From NCBI GenBank assembly GCA_016125385.1, contig WGLV01000015.1, positions 2,555 to 66,554 on the forward strand: a stretch of 64,000 nt of DNA, written 5' to 3'. The notes below the pieces were generated by a model. The model was given only the letters and a program-made list of their open reading frames with translations. It was not told where the DNA came from and searched no databases. The first letter of the stretch is position 1, and the number at the start of each line of letters is the position of its first letter. The DNA is from a bacterium (GTDB taxonomy: Bacteria > Hinthialibacterota > Hinthialibacteria > Hinthialibacterales > Hinthialibacteraceae). Shown here piece after piece: positions 9,272-20,336 of this stretch. The position numbers and the translations under genes are program-made.

Positions 9272-11080
9272 ATGAAAACGCTTCTCCGCAATGAAAGCCT
9301 TCGCAACATCGCCATCATCGCCCACGTCGACCATGGTAAAACCACCTTGGTCGATCATATGTTCCGCCAGTGCGGCGAGTTCCGCGAAAATCAGTCGGTG
9401 GAAGACCGCGTCATGGACAGCATGGACCTCGAACGCGAACGCGGCATCACCATCGCGGCCAAAAACTGCTCCGTCCACTGGAAAGGGGTAAAGATCAACA
9501 TTCTCGACACCCCCGGCCACGCCGATTTCGGCGGCGAGGTCGAACGCGCGCTGATGATGGTCGATGGCGCGGTGTTGCTGGTCGACGCGTCGGAAGGGCC
9601 GCTGCCGCAAACCCGTTTCGTGTTGAAGAAGGCGCTGGAGGCGAACCTCAAGATCATCGTCGCGGTCAACAAGATCGACCGGAAAGACGCCCGCCCGCAG
9701 GAAGTCATCAACGAGATTTACGATCTCTTTATTGATCTCGACGCCAACGAAGAACAGATCGAATTCCCGCTGCTCTATGCCATCGGCCGCGAGGGAATCG
9801 CTCAAACGACGCTGGAAGAGAAGGGCGATAGTCTGGCGCCGTTGCTCGACGCGATCGTCGGCGAGGTCCCGGCGCCAACCTACGATCCGGACGAGCCGTT
9901 TCAGATGCTGGTGTCGGACCTCGATTATTCGGAATTTCTCGGCCGGCTGGCGGTGGGCAAGATCGCCAACGGCGAAGTGCACTGTAACGACGATCTGGTG
10001 TGCATCGGTGTGGATGGTAAAGCGCGTACTCTGCGGGTGAATAAATTACAGGCCTACGACGGCGTGAAAATCTCCGACGTCGAGCGATCGCTGGCGGGCG
10101 ATATCTGCATTATGGCGGGCATCGAAGACGTCCACATCGGCGACACCATCTGTAATAAGACCACGCCCAAGGCGCTGAAGCGCATCACCGTCGACGAACC
10201 CACTGTGGCGATGAAATTCGGCGTCAACTCGTCGCCGTTTTCAGGGCGTGAGGGCAAGTTCGTCCAGTCGACGAAAATCCGCGAACGCCTGATGAAAGAG
10301 ACGCTCAGCAACGTCGCGCTACGGGTTGAAGACACCAGCGATCCCAATGTGTTCATGGTGAAGGGACGCGGCGAATTTCAGATGGTGATCCTGATCGAGA
10401 CCTTGCGCCGCGAGGGCTACGAGTTGAGCGTCGGGCGTCCGCAGGTCATTTTCCGTGAAGAAAACGGCGCGGTGATCGAGCCCATCGAACACCTGTTCGT
10501 CGATTGCGACGAGCATTTCGTTGGCATCGTGACCGAGAAACTCTCCGGACGCAAAGGCCGCATGATCAATCTCGTCAATCACGGTTCGGGCCGCGTCCGC
10601 ATGGAGTTTTCCATCCCGTCGCGCGGGCTGATCGGCTACCGTAACGAGTTCCTGACCGATACCAAGGGAACCGGTATTTTGAATTCGTACCTGGAAGGCT
10701 ACGAACCCCATCGCGGCGATTTTCCGTTGCGTCTCACCGGATCGCTGGTGGCCGACCGCCAGGGCGACGCCTCGCCGTACGCGCTGTTCAATCTGGAGCC
10801 GCGCGGCGTGTTGTTCATCCCGCCCAACACGGCGGTGTATGAAGGCATGATCGTGGGCGAACATAACCGCGACAATGACCTGAACGTCAACGCCACCAAG
10901 GAAAAGAAACTCACCAATATGCGCGCCGCCGGCCGCGATGAAAACGTGACTCTCACCCCGGTGACGCCGATGACGCTTGAACGCGCCATCGAGTTCATCA
11001 AAGACGACGAACTGGTTGAGATCACGCCCAAATCGATCCGTCTGCGCAAGTCGATTCTGCCCGCCAGTCAGCGTAAATAG
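9272..11080 (+). CDS. typA: Translational GTPase TypA/BipA
   Basis: [41 protein letters not shown] and the C-terminal [11 protein letters not shown]. Confidence 0.97.
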   Translation: MKTLLRNESLRNIAIIAHVDHGKTTLVDHMFRQCGEFRENQSVEDRVMDSMDLERERGITIAAKNCSVHWKGVKINILDTPGHADFGGEVERALMMVDGAVLLVDASEGPLPQTRFVLKKALEANLKIIVAVNKIDRKDARPQEVINEIYDLFIDLDANEEQIEFPLLYAIGREGIAQTTLEEKGDSLAPLLDAIVGEVPAPTYDPDEPFQMLVSDLDYSEFLGRLAVGKIANGEVHCNDDLVCIGVDGKARTLRVNKLQAYDGVKISDVERSLAGDICIMAGIEDVHIGDTICNKTTPKALKRITVDEPTVAMKFGVNSSPFSGREGKFVQSTKIRERLMKETLSNVALRVEDTSDPNVFMVKGRGEFQMVILIETLRREGYELSVGRPQVIFREENGAVIEPIEHLFVDCDEHFVGIVTEKLSGRKGRMINLVNHGSGRVRMEFSIPSRGLIGYRNEFLTDTKGTGILNSYLEGYEPHRGDFPLRLTGSLVADRQGDASPYALFNLEPRGVLFIPPNTAVYEGMIVGEHNRDNDLNVNATKEKKLTNMRAAGRDENVTLTPVTPMTLERAIEFIKDDELVEITPKSIRLRKSILPASQRK

Positions 11081-11161
11081 ACCCCCGGCGGCCGCAAAAA
11101 AGACTGGCGTTTTCTCCGCTTGCGGTCATAATCGGCATGGACTTGTCATCCTGCGGCTACG

Positions 11162-11626
11162 ATGCAAAGGACCATGCACGAACGGGATAAAATCGTTATC
11201 GGCTGGGTCGAACCGGTTGAATTCGTGGACTGGGGAATTCCCCGAATCCGCGCCAAAGTCGACACCGGGGCGCGCACCAGTTCCCTGCACGTGGAAGATG
11301 TGACCGAGTTGCCCGATGGGCGGGTTCGGTTTCACGTCATCGCCGACCGGAAGCATCCCGAAGCGCGGTATGAAGTCGATGCGCCGCTGGTCAAAAAAGC
11401 GCGCGTGCGATCGAGCACCGGCAAGTACACCATGCGCTGCTTTATCAAAACGCGCGTGAAAGTCGGCGACGTGGTGAAAGAAATTGAATTATCGCTCGCG
11501 CCGCGCGAGAAAATGGTGTTCCGCATGTTACTGGGGCGAACCGCCCTGCACGACGACTTCGTCGTTGACGTATCGATGCGTCATCTGACCTCCCCAAAAA
11601 AGAAACGGAAGCATAAACCCTCGTGA
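11162..11626 (+). CDS. RimK-associated retropepsin-like protease (RimB-like)
   Basis: IGWVE...AKVDTGARTSSLH...MLLGRTAL; GTGA overlap with rimK. Confidence 0.88.
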   Translation: MQRTMHERDKIVIGWVEPVEFVDWGIPRIRAKVDTGARTSSLHVEDVTELPDGRVRFHVIADRKHPEARYEVDAPLVKKARVRSSTGKYTMRCFIKTRVKVGDVVKEIELSLAPREKMVFRMLLGRTALHDDFVVDVSMRHLTSPKKKRKHKPS

Positions 11627-12807
11627 AAATCGCCATATTGTCCCGAAAACGGACTCTTTACAGCACCAGCCGCCTCAAAGAGGCGGCGATCCATCGCGGT
11701 CACCGCGCTCTGGTTCTCGATACGTTGAGGTTCGCCATCGATCTCGAACAGGGATCGCCGCAATTATATTACCGGGGCAAAGCGCTCTCCTCCTATGACG
11801 CCATCATTCCGCGCATCGGCGCGTCGATCACGTTTTACGGGCTTTCCGTCGTGAGACAATTCGAACAGATGGGCGTTTATTCAGCGAACGATTCCGTCGC
11901 CATTTCGCGTTCGCGCGATAAACTGCGCGCCATGCAAACGCTCAGCCGGCACGACATCGGAATCCCCCCGACGGCGTTCGTTCGCGACAAAAAAGACGTA
12001 CTGCCCGCCATCGAGCGAGTGGGCGGCGCGCCGGTCGTTATCAAGGTGCTTGAGGGCGCGCAGGGCGTGGGCGTGATTCTCGCCGAAACCAACAAGATCG
12101 CCGAAGCGATCATCGAAACCATGCACGGCGCCAAACAGAACGTGCTGATCCAGAAATTCATCAAGGAGAGCAGAGGACGCGACATCCGCGCCATCGTGGT
12201 GGGTGACCGGGTGGCGGCGGCCATGCGGCGCCGCGCGGCTGGCGACGAGTTCCGCAGCAACGTTCACCGCGGCGGCAAGACCGAAAAGGTGACGCTTGAC
12301 GCCGAATACGAACGAACCGCGATTCGCGCCGCGCAGATCATCGGGCTGCGCGTGGCGGGGGTCGATATTCTTGAATCGGATGACGGCCCGCAGGTGATGG
12401 AGGTCAATTCGTCGCCAGGGCTGCAGGGCATTGAGTCCACCACCGGCATCGACGTGGCGGGCGCCATCCTCGAAGATATCGAACATCAGGTTCTGTTCCC
12501 CGAGGTCGATCTGAAACAACGCCTTCGGCTCGCGGCGGGCTACGTGATCGCCGAGTTTCCCGTTCATAATATGCCGCGGCTGGAGGGCAAGCCTTTGCGT
12601 GACACGCCGCTGGCTGAGAGCGACGTCCACGTGATACACATCAACCGCAACCGCTCGATCATCCCGAATCCCAAGGGCGACGTGGTGATCCAGACCGGCG
12701 ACTGGTTATTGTGTTACGGCCCTTCGATGGAGTTGAGGCAGCTCACGCCGCCGCCGCAGAAAAAATCGAAAACCCGCAAGCCGTCCGGGAGAAAAGATGA
12801 CTCGTAG
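11623..12807 (+). CDS. rimK: RimK family ATP-grasp alpha-L-glutamate ligase with a C-terminal TrkA-C (RCK_C) domain
   Basis: IIPRIGASITFYG, SRDKLR, QKFIKES...DIR, FRSNVHRGG and EVNSSPG. The C-terminal extension LEGKPLRD...IIPNPKGDVVIQTGDWL is RCK_C-like. Confidence 0.93.
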   Translation: MKIAILSRKRTLYSTSRLKEAAIHRGHRALVLDTLRFAIDLEQGSPQLYYRGKALSSYDAIIPRIGASITFYGLSVVRQFEQMGVYSANDSVAISRSRDKLRAMQTLSRHDIGIPPTAFVRDKKDVLPAIERVGGAPVVIKVLEGAQGVGVILAETNKIAEAIIETMHGAKQNVLIQKFIKESRGRDIRAIVVGDRVAAAMRRRAAGDEFRSNVHRGGKTEKVTLDAEYERTAIRAAQIIGLRVAGVDILESDDGPQVMEVNSSPGLQGIESTTGIDVAGAILEDIEHQVLFPEVDLKQRLRLAAGYVIAEFPVHNMPRLEGKPLRDTPLAESDVHVIHINRNRSIIPNPKGDVVIQTGDWLLCYGPSMELRQLTPPPQKKSKTRKPSGRKDDS

Positions 12808-13879
12808 ACGCCCCATCTCCATCGCGCGTGAAACCATTCACCTGGGCGAGACGCGCGACCTTCATCTGGAGTTCAGCGAATCGTACCTGGGCCGGACGGT
12901 GTCGATTCCAATCAGCGTGATCCGCGGTCCCAAAGAAGGGCCGCGGATTTTTCTAAGCGGCGCGATTCACGGCGATGAACTGACCGGCATCGGAATTATC
13001 CGCGACCTGCTGTTCGACCGCCCGCCTGAATTGCTGAAAGGCACGCTGATCTGCGCGCCCGTGGTTAATATATACGGCCTTGAACATCATTCCCGGTATC
13101 TGCCCGACCGGCGCGATCTGAACCGCTGTTTTCCCGGGCAGCCCGACGGCAGCCTGACCAGCCGGCTGGCCCGGGTGATTCACGACGAAATCGTCATGCA
13201 ATGCGATTACGGGATCGATTTTCACAGCGCGGCGGTGAGACGCACCAACTTTCCCAACGTGCGCGCCGACATGACCAAACCCGAGGTCAAGCGTCTGGCG
13301 CGGGCTTTCGGCTGCGAGCTGATCGTCAACTCCAAAGGCCCCGACGGCTCGATGCGCCGAACCGCCGTCTCGAGCGGCGTACCCACCATCATTCTTGAAG
13401 CGGGCGAGGTCTGGAAGATCGAACCCGCCGTGGTCGAGATCGGCGTGCGCGGCTGTATGAACGTGCTTAAGGCCTTCGGCATGATCGAGGGAGAGCCCGA
13501 GCCGCCGGCGTTTTCCATCACCATCGACCAGACCACCTGGGTGCGCGCCGAGCGCGGCGGGTTTCTCACCTTTCACGCCAAACCGGGCGACCTGGTTTAT
13601 CAGGGGCAGTTTCTCGCGACGAACTACAGCATCTTCGGACGAGAGCGCAACCTGTTGACCTCGCCCGCCTATGGCATCATTCTGGGGATGACCACCATGC
13701 CGGCGGTGCAGCCCGGCGAGCCGGTGTATCATATTGCGACCCTCTCCGAGCGCACTTTCAACCGCATTCGCCGTAAACTGGATTCCGCGCCCGCCGAGAG
13801 CCCGATTCAGAGAATTCGCGAATCGATGTCGTCCCGAGTCTCGATCGAAGAACGAACCGAACCCCCGAGCCAGCCATGA
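12797..13879 (+). CDS. Succinylglutamate desuccinylase/aspartoacylase family (M14-like) protein
   Basis: AIHGDELTG, DLNRCFPG and IDFHS zinc ligands; C-terminal biotinyl-like hybrid region. Confidence 0.9.
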   Translation: MTRRRPISIARETIHLGETRDLHLEFSESYLGRTVSIPISVIRGPKEGPRIFLSGAIHGDELTGIGIIRDLLFDRPPELLKGTLICAPVVNIYGLEHHSRYLPDRRDLNRCFPGQPDGSLTSRLARVIHDEIVMQCDYGIDFHSAAVRRTNFPNVRADMTKPEVKRLARAFGCELIVNSKGPDGSMRRTAVSSGVPTIILEAGEVWKIEPAVVEIGVRGCMNVLKAFGMIEGEPEPPAFSITIDQTTWVRAERGGFLTFHAKPGDLVYQGQFLATNYSIFGRERNLLTSPAYGIILGMTTMPAVQPGEPVYHIATLSERTFNRIRRKLDSAPAESPIQRIRESMSSRVSIEERTEPPSQP

Positions 13880-15174
13880 AACTCCAAACCCTTTGCCCCG
13901 AACCGTTGCCATCCGGAGCGGATCTGACCGAAGAAGTTTTTATTGAAGCCGGCGCCGCGCGCCTCTTGCCCGAGGTGACCGCGCGCCTGCTGGGTGAGCG
14001 CATTTTCTGCGTGGGCGACCCCGACACGCTGCAAGCCGCGTCGGCCTCGATCGATCTCGTCGCGGCGTTCGGTGAACGCCTGACGTTGCACACGCTGCCG
14101 CCGCATCCGAAGTGCAGCGTCGGCCTGATCGATGAACTGGCGCCGGCGGTGGGCGAGTGCGACGGCCTGCTGGCGATCGGCAGCGGAACGGTCAACGACC
14201 TCGTCAAGTGCCTCGCTCGGCGCTTCGAGAAACCCTGCGCCGTGCTGGGGACCGCCGCCAGCATGAACGGTTATACCAGCACCATCGCCGCGCTGATGGA
14301 CGGCGACCTGAAAGTGACCCTGCCCGCCGTGGCGCCGCGCGCGGTCGTGCTCGATCTCGATATTCTATGCGCCGCGCCGGCCGCGATGGCTCCGGCCGGT
14401 CTCGCCGACCTGCTCAGCAAGCCGGTCAGCACCGCCGACTGGTGGATCGGCAGCCAGCTGGGCGAAGCCGGGTATAACGCGCTGCCCGGCCTGATCGTCG
14501 AACACGCCGTCAACCGCGCCATCGCTCACGCCGCCAACCTGCCCCGGCGCGACCCCGACGCGCTCAAAGCGCTCAGCGAGGCGCTGGTGCTCAGTGGAAC
14601 CTCGATGGCGGTGGCGGGCAGCAGCTCGCCCTCAAGCGGCGGCGAACACCTGCTCAGCCATCTGTGGGATATGGAACGCATCGCCGCCCGGCGCGAGCTT
14701 AATCTGCACGGCGCGCAAGTGGGCGTGGCGGTGTGTCTCACCGCCGCGTTGTACCGTTTTCTGATAGAGTTGGAGTCTCCCGCGTTCGCCTCGCCGCTTT
14801 CGTGGGAGGATGAAGAGCGCCGCATCCGCGCCGATCACGGCGCGCTGGCTGAAAGCGTTCTGCGCGAGTCAGCGAAGAAGCAGGCGGGGTGGCCCCAGCG
14901 CCGCGAGACACTGAAACGCGAGTGGCCGAGGCTGCGCGACCACCTCGATTCGATGGAAATCCCCACGCCCGCGCGCGTGCGCGAGATTCTGATTCAGTCG
15001 GGCGCGCCGCACACGCTGGCCGGGCTGGGCCTGACGCGGGACGACGCCCGCCGTGCGCTGCTCATCGCGCGCGACATCCGCTCGCGCCATACCGTGCTCG
15101 ACCTCGCTTACGAGACGGGGTTCTTCCCCGGCGGCGTTGACGCCGTACTCACCGCCAGTGGCGTCTGCGGCTGA
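13876..15174 (+). CDS. sn-glycerol-1-phosphate dehydrogenase family (EgsA/AraM-like)
   Basis: IGSGTVNDLVK, TAASMNGYTS, GLADLLSK, SSGGEHLLSHLWDM and LHGAQVG. Confidence 0.85.
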   Translation: MKLQTLCPEPLPSGADLTEEVFIEAGAARLLPEVTARLLGERIFCVGDPDTLQAASASIDLVAAFGERLTLHTLPPHPKCSVGLIDELAPAVGECDGLLAIGSGTVNDLVKCLARRFEKPCAVLGTAASMNGYTSTIAALMDGDLKVTLPAVAPRAVVLDLDILCAAPAAMAPAGLADLLSKPVSTADWWIGSQLGEAGYNALPGLIVEHAVNRAIAHAANLPRRDPDALKALSEALVLSGTSMAVAGSSSPSSGGEHLLSHLWDMERIAARRELNLHGAQVGVAVCLTAALYRFLIELESPAFASPLSWEDEERRIRADHGALAESVLRESAKKQAGWPQRRETLKREWPRLRDHLDSMEIPTPARVREILIQSGAPHTLAGLGLTRDDARRALLIARDIRSRHTVLDLAYETGFFPGGVDAVLTASGVCG

Positions 15175-15206
15175 GACCTCCGCGAAACGAACGCGCCTGG
15201 CCCGCC

Positions 15207-15680
15207 TCACGATTGATGCGAACGGATCTCAAGCCGCAGCGCCTCCAATGACATGTTCACGTCGCGGATGAACAACAGCAGCGAGCCGATCAGCGCCGCC
15301 ATGCCCGCGACGAACAGCCCCCCGATCAACCAGCCCAGCTCGACCCGCATCAGTACCGTCACGAACAGCGCGATGATCAGCGTCGCAGCGCACAGCGCGC
15401 TCGACGACGCCAGCAGAATCGACGCGCGCAGAATAGCCGCCCGCCGCCAGAGAATCTCGACCTGCTGATGGATGGGAGGGTGATCTTCAGGATGCTGGTT
15501 GGAGAGGATGCGGGCGCGGTCGATAACGCGGCCCAGGCGGTTGGTCATGGTCAACAGCAGCAGGCCGATGCCCGAGATCAGGATGACCGGGCCGATGGCG
15601 GTCTGCAGAATGGGGACGAGGTTGCCGTTTAATACGTGGTCCATGCGCGCTCCAATCGTTAAGGATGGATTTTCATCCAT
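15207..15680 (-). CDS. DUF2721-like small membrane protein
   Basis: LQTAIGPVILISGIGLLLLTMTNRLGRVIDRAR, followed by further hydrophobic helices. Confidence 0.8.
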   Translation of the reverse strand: MDENPSLTIGARMDHVLNGNLVPILQTAIGPVILISGIGLLLLTMTNRLGRVIDRARILSNQHPEDHPPIHQQVEILWRRAAILRASILLASSSALCAATLIIALFVTVLMRVELGWLIGGLFVAGMAALIGSLLLFIRDVNMSLEALRLEIRSHQS

Positions 15681-15736
15681 TATAACAATGGCGCGGGGCT
15701 TCAGGATGAGGCTCTCGCCCGCGCGGCGTCATGAAT

Positions 15737-16009
15737 TCAATCTCTCCCACCCGCCCGGCTTGATTCGCCGTCCTTCCCGCTGGATGATGGGGTGGTGTTT
15801 ATGATTCCGATATCGCGCGCGGTGAGGACGGCCCTCTTGATTCGAATCCGCTTATGGATGACGTTCGTTTGTTTCCCGCTGCTGCTGGCGGCGATGATCT
15901 TCCGCGCGCCGGCGTGGAGTTCAGATGCGAGTGGTATACCGAAGGATTTGCTAAAACCCGCGCCTAGGATCCAGGCAGATTGTGCCAAGTCGGTCATTCT
16001 GGTGGCCAC
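15737..16009 (-). pseudogene. Truncated SIR2-like gene remnant
   Basis: About the first 30 codons (WILGAGFSKSFGIPLASEL) match the SIR2 NAD-binding GAGxS...GxP motif; the rest is non-SIR2 sequence. Confidence 0.6.
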
Positions 16010-16144
16010 CTAACATAAACATCTGCAGCTTGTCTGCAGAATATTATTGGTTGAATTAAATATGATGTCCCCCGATTTTATTCGTCAGCTGGAGCTACTT
16101 GTTGGGCAGACTCGTTCGCCGTCATCACGCGTGCGAGGTAGTAC

Positions 16145-17572
16145 CTACATAAAGAATCGGTAGTCGTATACGTCATCTACAATATCTGGTGTGCCTTTTA
16201 CGACGTTGGCAAAACGCTGCGAGTACACCAGCGTCACAGGCAACGTCTTATAAAGTGTGTTATTGTTCCAGTCACACTTGGTCAGCGAATATACGCTCGA
16301 ACAGGTATCATGCCAACCGCCCGCCCCTGACCAGCGTCTAAGTAAAATGGGGTTCGGTGTAGGCTTGAAGACAGCCTCCTTAAAGACGGGTCGGTTCGCC
16401 TGCTGAGCGTTCACGCCAGACACACTGCCTTGTGTCCAGAGCAGGCATTCAGTCACAGTGAGTGGAAGATAGCTGCCGCGATCAAGTGGGTAACCAGCCG
16501 GCCAGGCCTTCTCGCCCCGTCGAGGCGGCGGATCAACCTTTAGACCATGCCACTCCGTACCGCGAATGATCTGTATGAGTTCAACCTCTGTCTTTGAGCC
16601 AAAAGCATCCAGCGCACCCTGGATTTCCTCTTCGGTAAAGCGGGTCGATTTATGAACGAAGATTTTGCGGGGCACATGCGCGTAGTGACCGTTCTGGTAC
16701 AGCAGCAGGCTGCGCGAGAGTACCGACATCATTTCCTGATAGCTTAAGTAAGGATTCCCTTTTCTGTCCGTCTCAAACTCTCGCGTATCATAGGCGACAA
16801 ATTCAAAACCTGTTCCGTCCGGATCGAAGATCTGGCTGCAACACGTGCTGTACTCCATACCATCGCCAAGCTTGCGCATCGCGTAGCTAAGTCCAATATA
16901 GGCTTCATCGCGATCAAAATTCGCAAGCTTCCATGGGATGCCTCCTGCCTTGGCATAGAGTGCGACGGTAATACCCCACATCGCCTGAGCACGACAGGTT
17001 CGCGAAAAGACTGTTTCGTTCATGATCTGTACGGGAATGCCGAGCGGCGCGATCAGCGCTTTTAGCCGGTCGTGGAGATTAAACCCCTCGTACGTGAAGG
17101 CATTTTTCCACTCCGGTGGAAGATAGATCATGAGCACATCGAAAGAGCTACGTTTAGCACGCGTAGCACCAATGGTGTGGACGAGCGCACGCACAAGCCC
17201 TTCGCCATCCTGCAACTGCGCAAGGCGTGCACAATCATCAGACGTCGAAAACCTCTGCGCATCATTCGCCGGTACGAGAGGAACACGAAAGACGTTCTGA
17301 AATCCTGGATACTCGAAATAGTAATTTGGTGCTTCCCTCACTTTTGCCTTTCGCTGCATTTCGCCGACGATGGACTCTATCCACTTCATGCGATCAGCGG
17401 GTGCCAGGTAGGCAAGCCTCACCTGTGCGGGAAAACCAAGTTCAATACTGTATGGTCCGTTTGCGATCAGGCCGCGCAACGGGTGCGTGTCGGTCTTCTT
17501 GCCAGCAAACAAGAGTGCTGGTTCAGGGAGCATGCCGTGACCGGGTAGTTCATCGTGCCGCTGCGCGTTCAT
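16145..17572 (-). CDS. Short prokaryotic Argonaute (MID-PIWI, catalytically inactive)
   Basis: 475 aa. MID residues LHDRLKA...[31 protein letters not shown] lacking the catalytic Asp, and LTKCDWNN...LPVTL. ATGA-type overlap with the SIR2 gene. Confidence 0.93.
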   Translation of the reverse strand: MNAQRHDELPGHGMLPEPALLFAGKKTDTHPLRGLIANGPYSIELGFPAQVRLAYLAPADRMKWIESIVGEMQRKAKVREAPNYYFEYPGFQNVFRVPLVPANDAQRFSTSDDCARLAQLQDGEGLVRALVHTIGATRAKRSSFDVLMIYLPPEWKNAFTYEGFNLHDRLKALIAPLGIPVQIMNETVFSRTCRAQAMWGITVALYAKAGGIPWKLANFDRDEAYIGLSYAMRKLGDGMEYSTCCSQIFDPDGTGFEFVAYDTREFETDRKGNPYLSYQEMMSVLSRSLLLYQNGHYAHVPRKIFVHKSTRFTEEEIQGALDAFGSKTEVELIQIIRGTEWHGLKVDPPPRRGEKAWPAGYPLDRGSYLPLTVTECLLWTQGSVSGVNAQQANRPVFKEAVFKPTPNPILLRRWSGAGGWHDTCSSVYSLTKCDWNNNTLYKTLPVTLVYSQRFANVVKGTPDIVDDVYDYRFFM

Positions 17573-19365
17573 GCGGACGCCCTTCTGCTGAACGCCGTAC
17601 GGGTGGAAACAGTAAAGGCAGCCGGATAGTCCGTATCGGCTCCATAGGTGACGGTAATCGGTGTGCTCTGACCGATGGGACCGATGAGAATTTCAATCCA
17701 GGCATTCAGGATAGCGTAGGACTTTTTGTTGTATCGTTGCCGCTTGCGTTTTCGCAGGAAGTCTTGAGCATCTTCACGCTTCTTTAGCGGCTTGATCCAG
17801 ACATCGGGTTCAAGCAGGAGCCACAAGACACCGGCACGCTCCTCGAGCCTGAGTCTTAAACACTCTGACCAGTGCGTATCCGGCAACTCGCGAACGGTTC
17901 CGCAAATCGGTTCGGGATTACCACAAAATCCAACAGCCTTTTTGAGTGACGCGAAGCGCTCATCGTCAGCCTGGCGGAAGTCAACTACGGCAAAACAGGT
18001 CTTGCCCTTTTTGCGTAAGAGAACAGGTTTGTCGTGACAGAGCGCTTCGGCGATGCCATGCTCGTAGAATGATTTTAGATATGTTGATTCGGCGATCTCG
18101 GCGACCGGCTCGGCGAACTCACGCACGCCAATATCGTTCTCTGTCAGTCCCTCCAGACTTCTCTTAACCTGTGTGGATTCTCCCCAGAAGACGATGCCGT
18201 CCTGATAGGAAATGACAACATCCGGCTGCTTTTCGCGTACAATAGCAAACACATCGGCAACTGGAACGCCGGGTGCAGGAAGAATGCCACACTGCCGGGG
18301 CGCATCTACGATTTCGAGGGCGTTCGTTCGCAGGATTGGATAGGATCTGCCAGGCTCGGGTAACGGAATCGATACCGGATGCGCCTGTGCTGAGCGTACT
18401 TTGTCATCCAGAACCTGCGGCTTATCAGGAATCTGCCGCCAGACCTTGTAGAGCATCAGATCAAACGTCCCGGTTTCTACTATGTAGGCCTTAATGCCTC
18501 TTAACCGTGCCTCCTCAATGAACGTAACGACGGCAGGTGCGGCACTGGACGCTTGCGGGACTGTCCACCAAATACCGTGCGGGAATGGATTAGGCTGTGC
18601 TAGCGCCATTTCAAGCATGGCCATAACGTTACTGTCCCGGCCGCTATAGCCTGCGACAATCAGGCCATAACGGCTGGCCGCAGCAACAAAACATTCCTGA
18701 ATCTTCTCATCGTTACTGAGCAGATCCTTGGAAAGGTTCTTGATCTTCTGGTATCGAAAGTCCCCGTGAATTTTCGCGTATACCGGAAACCGCTCCGCAT
18801 TGAGCGCTTCAAGTGCGGCATATGATCCTTCGAGATTAAAAGGGGTCAAGTTTTTTCCGGCGACGGCGGCATAGGCATCCTCAAGTACATCATCAAAGTT
18901 TGTAGTGAAGACAAGACGCGACCGCCCCATTTCGAGAAGCGAAGCAAGCGCACGAGGCCCGATCGTCAGCGTCACCTTTTCAGGAGACATTTGGTCCTGA
19001 ATATAGGATTGCTGCGCAGCGTAGTCCTCGCCGAACATCAATTCAAAATAGTAGGAATATTCCTCATTACTCCAAACTTTCGGGCAGCCTTTTCCAGTGA
19101 AGTAGCTTTGAATCTTCGCCTTGATGGCATGATTACTGACGTTGTGAGCCTGAACGTCCTGATTCTCTTTGGCGCAGTAGTACTGCCGCTTTAAATCCCA
19201 GATCAGATCCGCCGCAGCCGGCAAACCAGATGAACGTGACGTACCCGCACCGAGAAACCACATGAGCTGTGGCGCATTCTGGACGAAGTGACGCAGAAAC
19301 TCCTTTTCGTCGATCTGTAAGTGCACGCTGCTCAATCTGCTAACTGCCTCCCAAGATCCATCCAA
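17569..19365 (-). CDS. SIR2-APAZ NADase effector of a SPARSA system
   Basis: [28 protein letters not shown] and GYSGRD, then a C-terminal APAZ-like region. The true start may be the GTG at about 19326. Confidence 0.93.
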   Translation of the reverse strand: MDGSWEAVSRLSSVHLQIDEKEFLRHFVQNAPQLMWFLGAGTSRSSGLPAAADLIWDLKRQYYCAKENQDVQAHNVSNHAIKAKIQSYFTGKGCPKVWSNEEYSYYFELMFGEDYAAQQSYIQDQMSPEKVTLTIGPRALASLLEMGRSRLVFTTNFDDVLEDAYAAVAGKNLTPFNLEGSYAALEALNAERFPVYAKIHGDFRYQKIKNLSKDLLSNDEKIQECFVAAASRYGLIVAGYSGRDSNVMAMLEMALAQPNPFPHGIWWTVPQASSAAPAVVTFIEEARLRGIKAYIVETGTFDLMLYKVWRQIPDKPQVLDDKVRSAQAHPVSIPLPEPGRSYPILRTNALEIVDAPRQCGILPAPGVPVADVFAIVREKQPDVVISYQDGIVFWGESTQVKRSLEGLTENDIGVREFAEPVAEIAESTYLKSFYEHGIAEALCHDKPVLLRKKGKTCFAVVDFRQADDERFASLKKAVGFCGNPEPICGTVRELPDTHWSECLRLRLEERAGVLWLLLEPDVWIKPLKKREDAQDFLRKRKRQRYNKKSYAILNAWIEILIGPIGQSTPITVTYGADTDYPAAFTVSTRTAFSRRASA

Positions 19366-20336
19366 GGCTCTAAGGCCTCATTAGGTTTATGCCAGTCGAT
19401 TTCATCAAATATTGAGATTGACTGCTTCACTTGGCACCCTCAATTGCCCAACAATTTATGCAATGGATTCCGTATTTTATGCCTTATTGTTACAATCGTC
19501 AAGAATGTTTCGCATAAATTTACCGTGATTCTAACCGTTGTTTATCACAAATAGTCCACAAGACCGCAAACAATTGTTTATGAGAAAAATAGATCAGAAC
19601 TTGATCCATATCTATTCTGAGCAATTAACGAATCATTTCGTTTCTTCGGCTGACCGAAGGGATTTCTTCAAATGGTTGTGTTTTTACCTGGACTTTTGAA
19701 CCAAGTATAAGCATGCGCCTCGAGATCAGGAGTTCAAGACGAAATTCTAATCAAAAAATCAGACTGTCGCACAACAGGAACAAGCCTCAAGAGCCATGCA
19801 TTACAACCATTCCCACAGTCCAAATAAACAAAATAAACGCGAAGCGTAGTCCCCAACACCGTCTGAATCACGATATCCATGATGAAAAGGATTTTCAGGA
19901 TATTGGCGGCGGGGCGTATGGCGATGGAGTTTTCGTTTCACCATGCGCCTGAAAATTCTCCCACCGAAGATCGTGGGGAGTTAAAGGGGTGGAGCGCCCC
20001 ATCGGGAACGCATGCTATATCGGCCAACCCCCTCCTTTGCCTTCCCCAGGCTTTGGGGGAGGAAACATCGCTTGACCACGCCCGCGTCAGCGGCCAGCGG
20101 GAGCGCTTGAAACGCAGACTCCAAATATCAGGCGCAAGCACTGCCCGCCTGTCCGGTTGACGCGGAGACCAAATATTCCCTATCGTTACCTGTATCCGGG
20201 TATTTCTAAAACGTTTGTCTGAATATCATTGGTGATGGACCTTGGTACAACCGGAGAAAATCACAAGGCAACGTGATTTTCTCCTCGATGTATCCTCACG
20301 TTTCTCTGGTAAAAAAAAAGATGAGGTGACGATATC

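Noticed and set aside
19721-19739. GAGATCAGGAGTTCAAGAC resembles a human Alu fragment
   Set aside because: Only about 19 nt with no flanking similarity; chance match.
19713-20160. ORFs 19713-19952 and 19879-20160 beside the defence island
   Set aside because: No recognisable motifs or RBS, and atypical composition; likely spurious.
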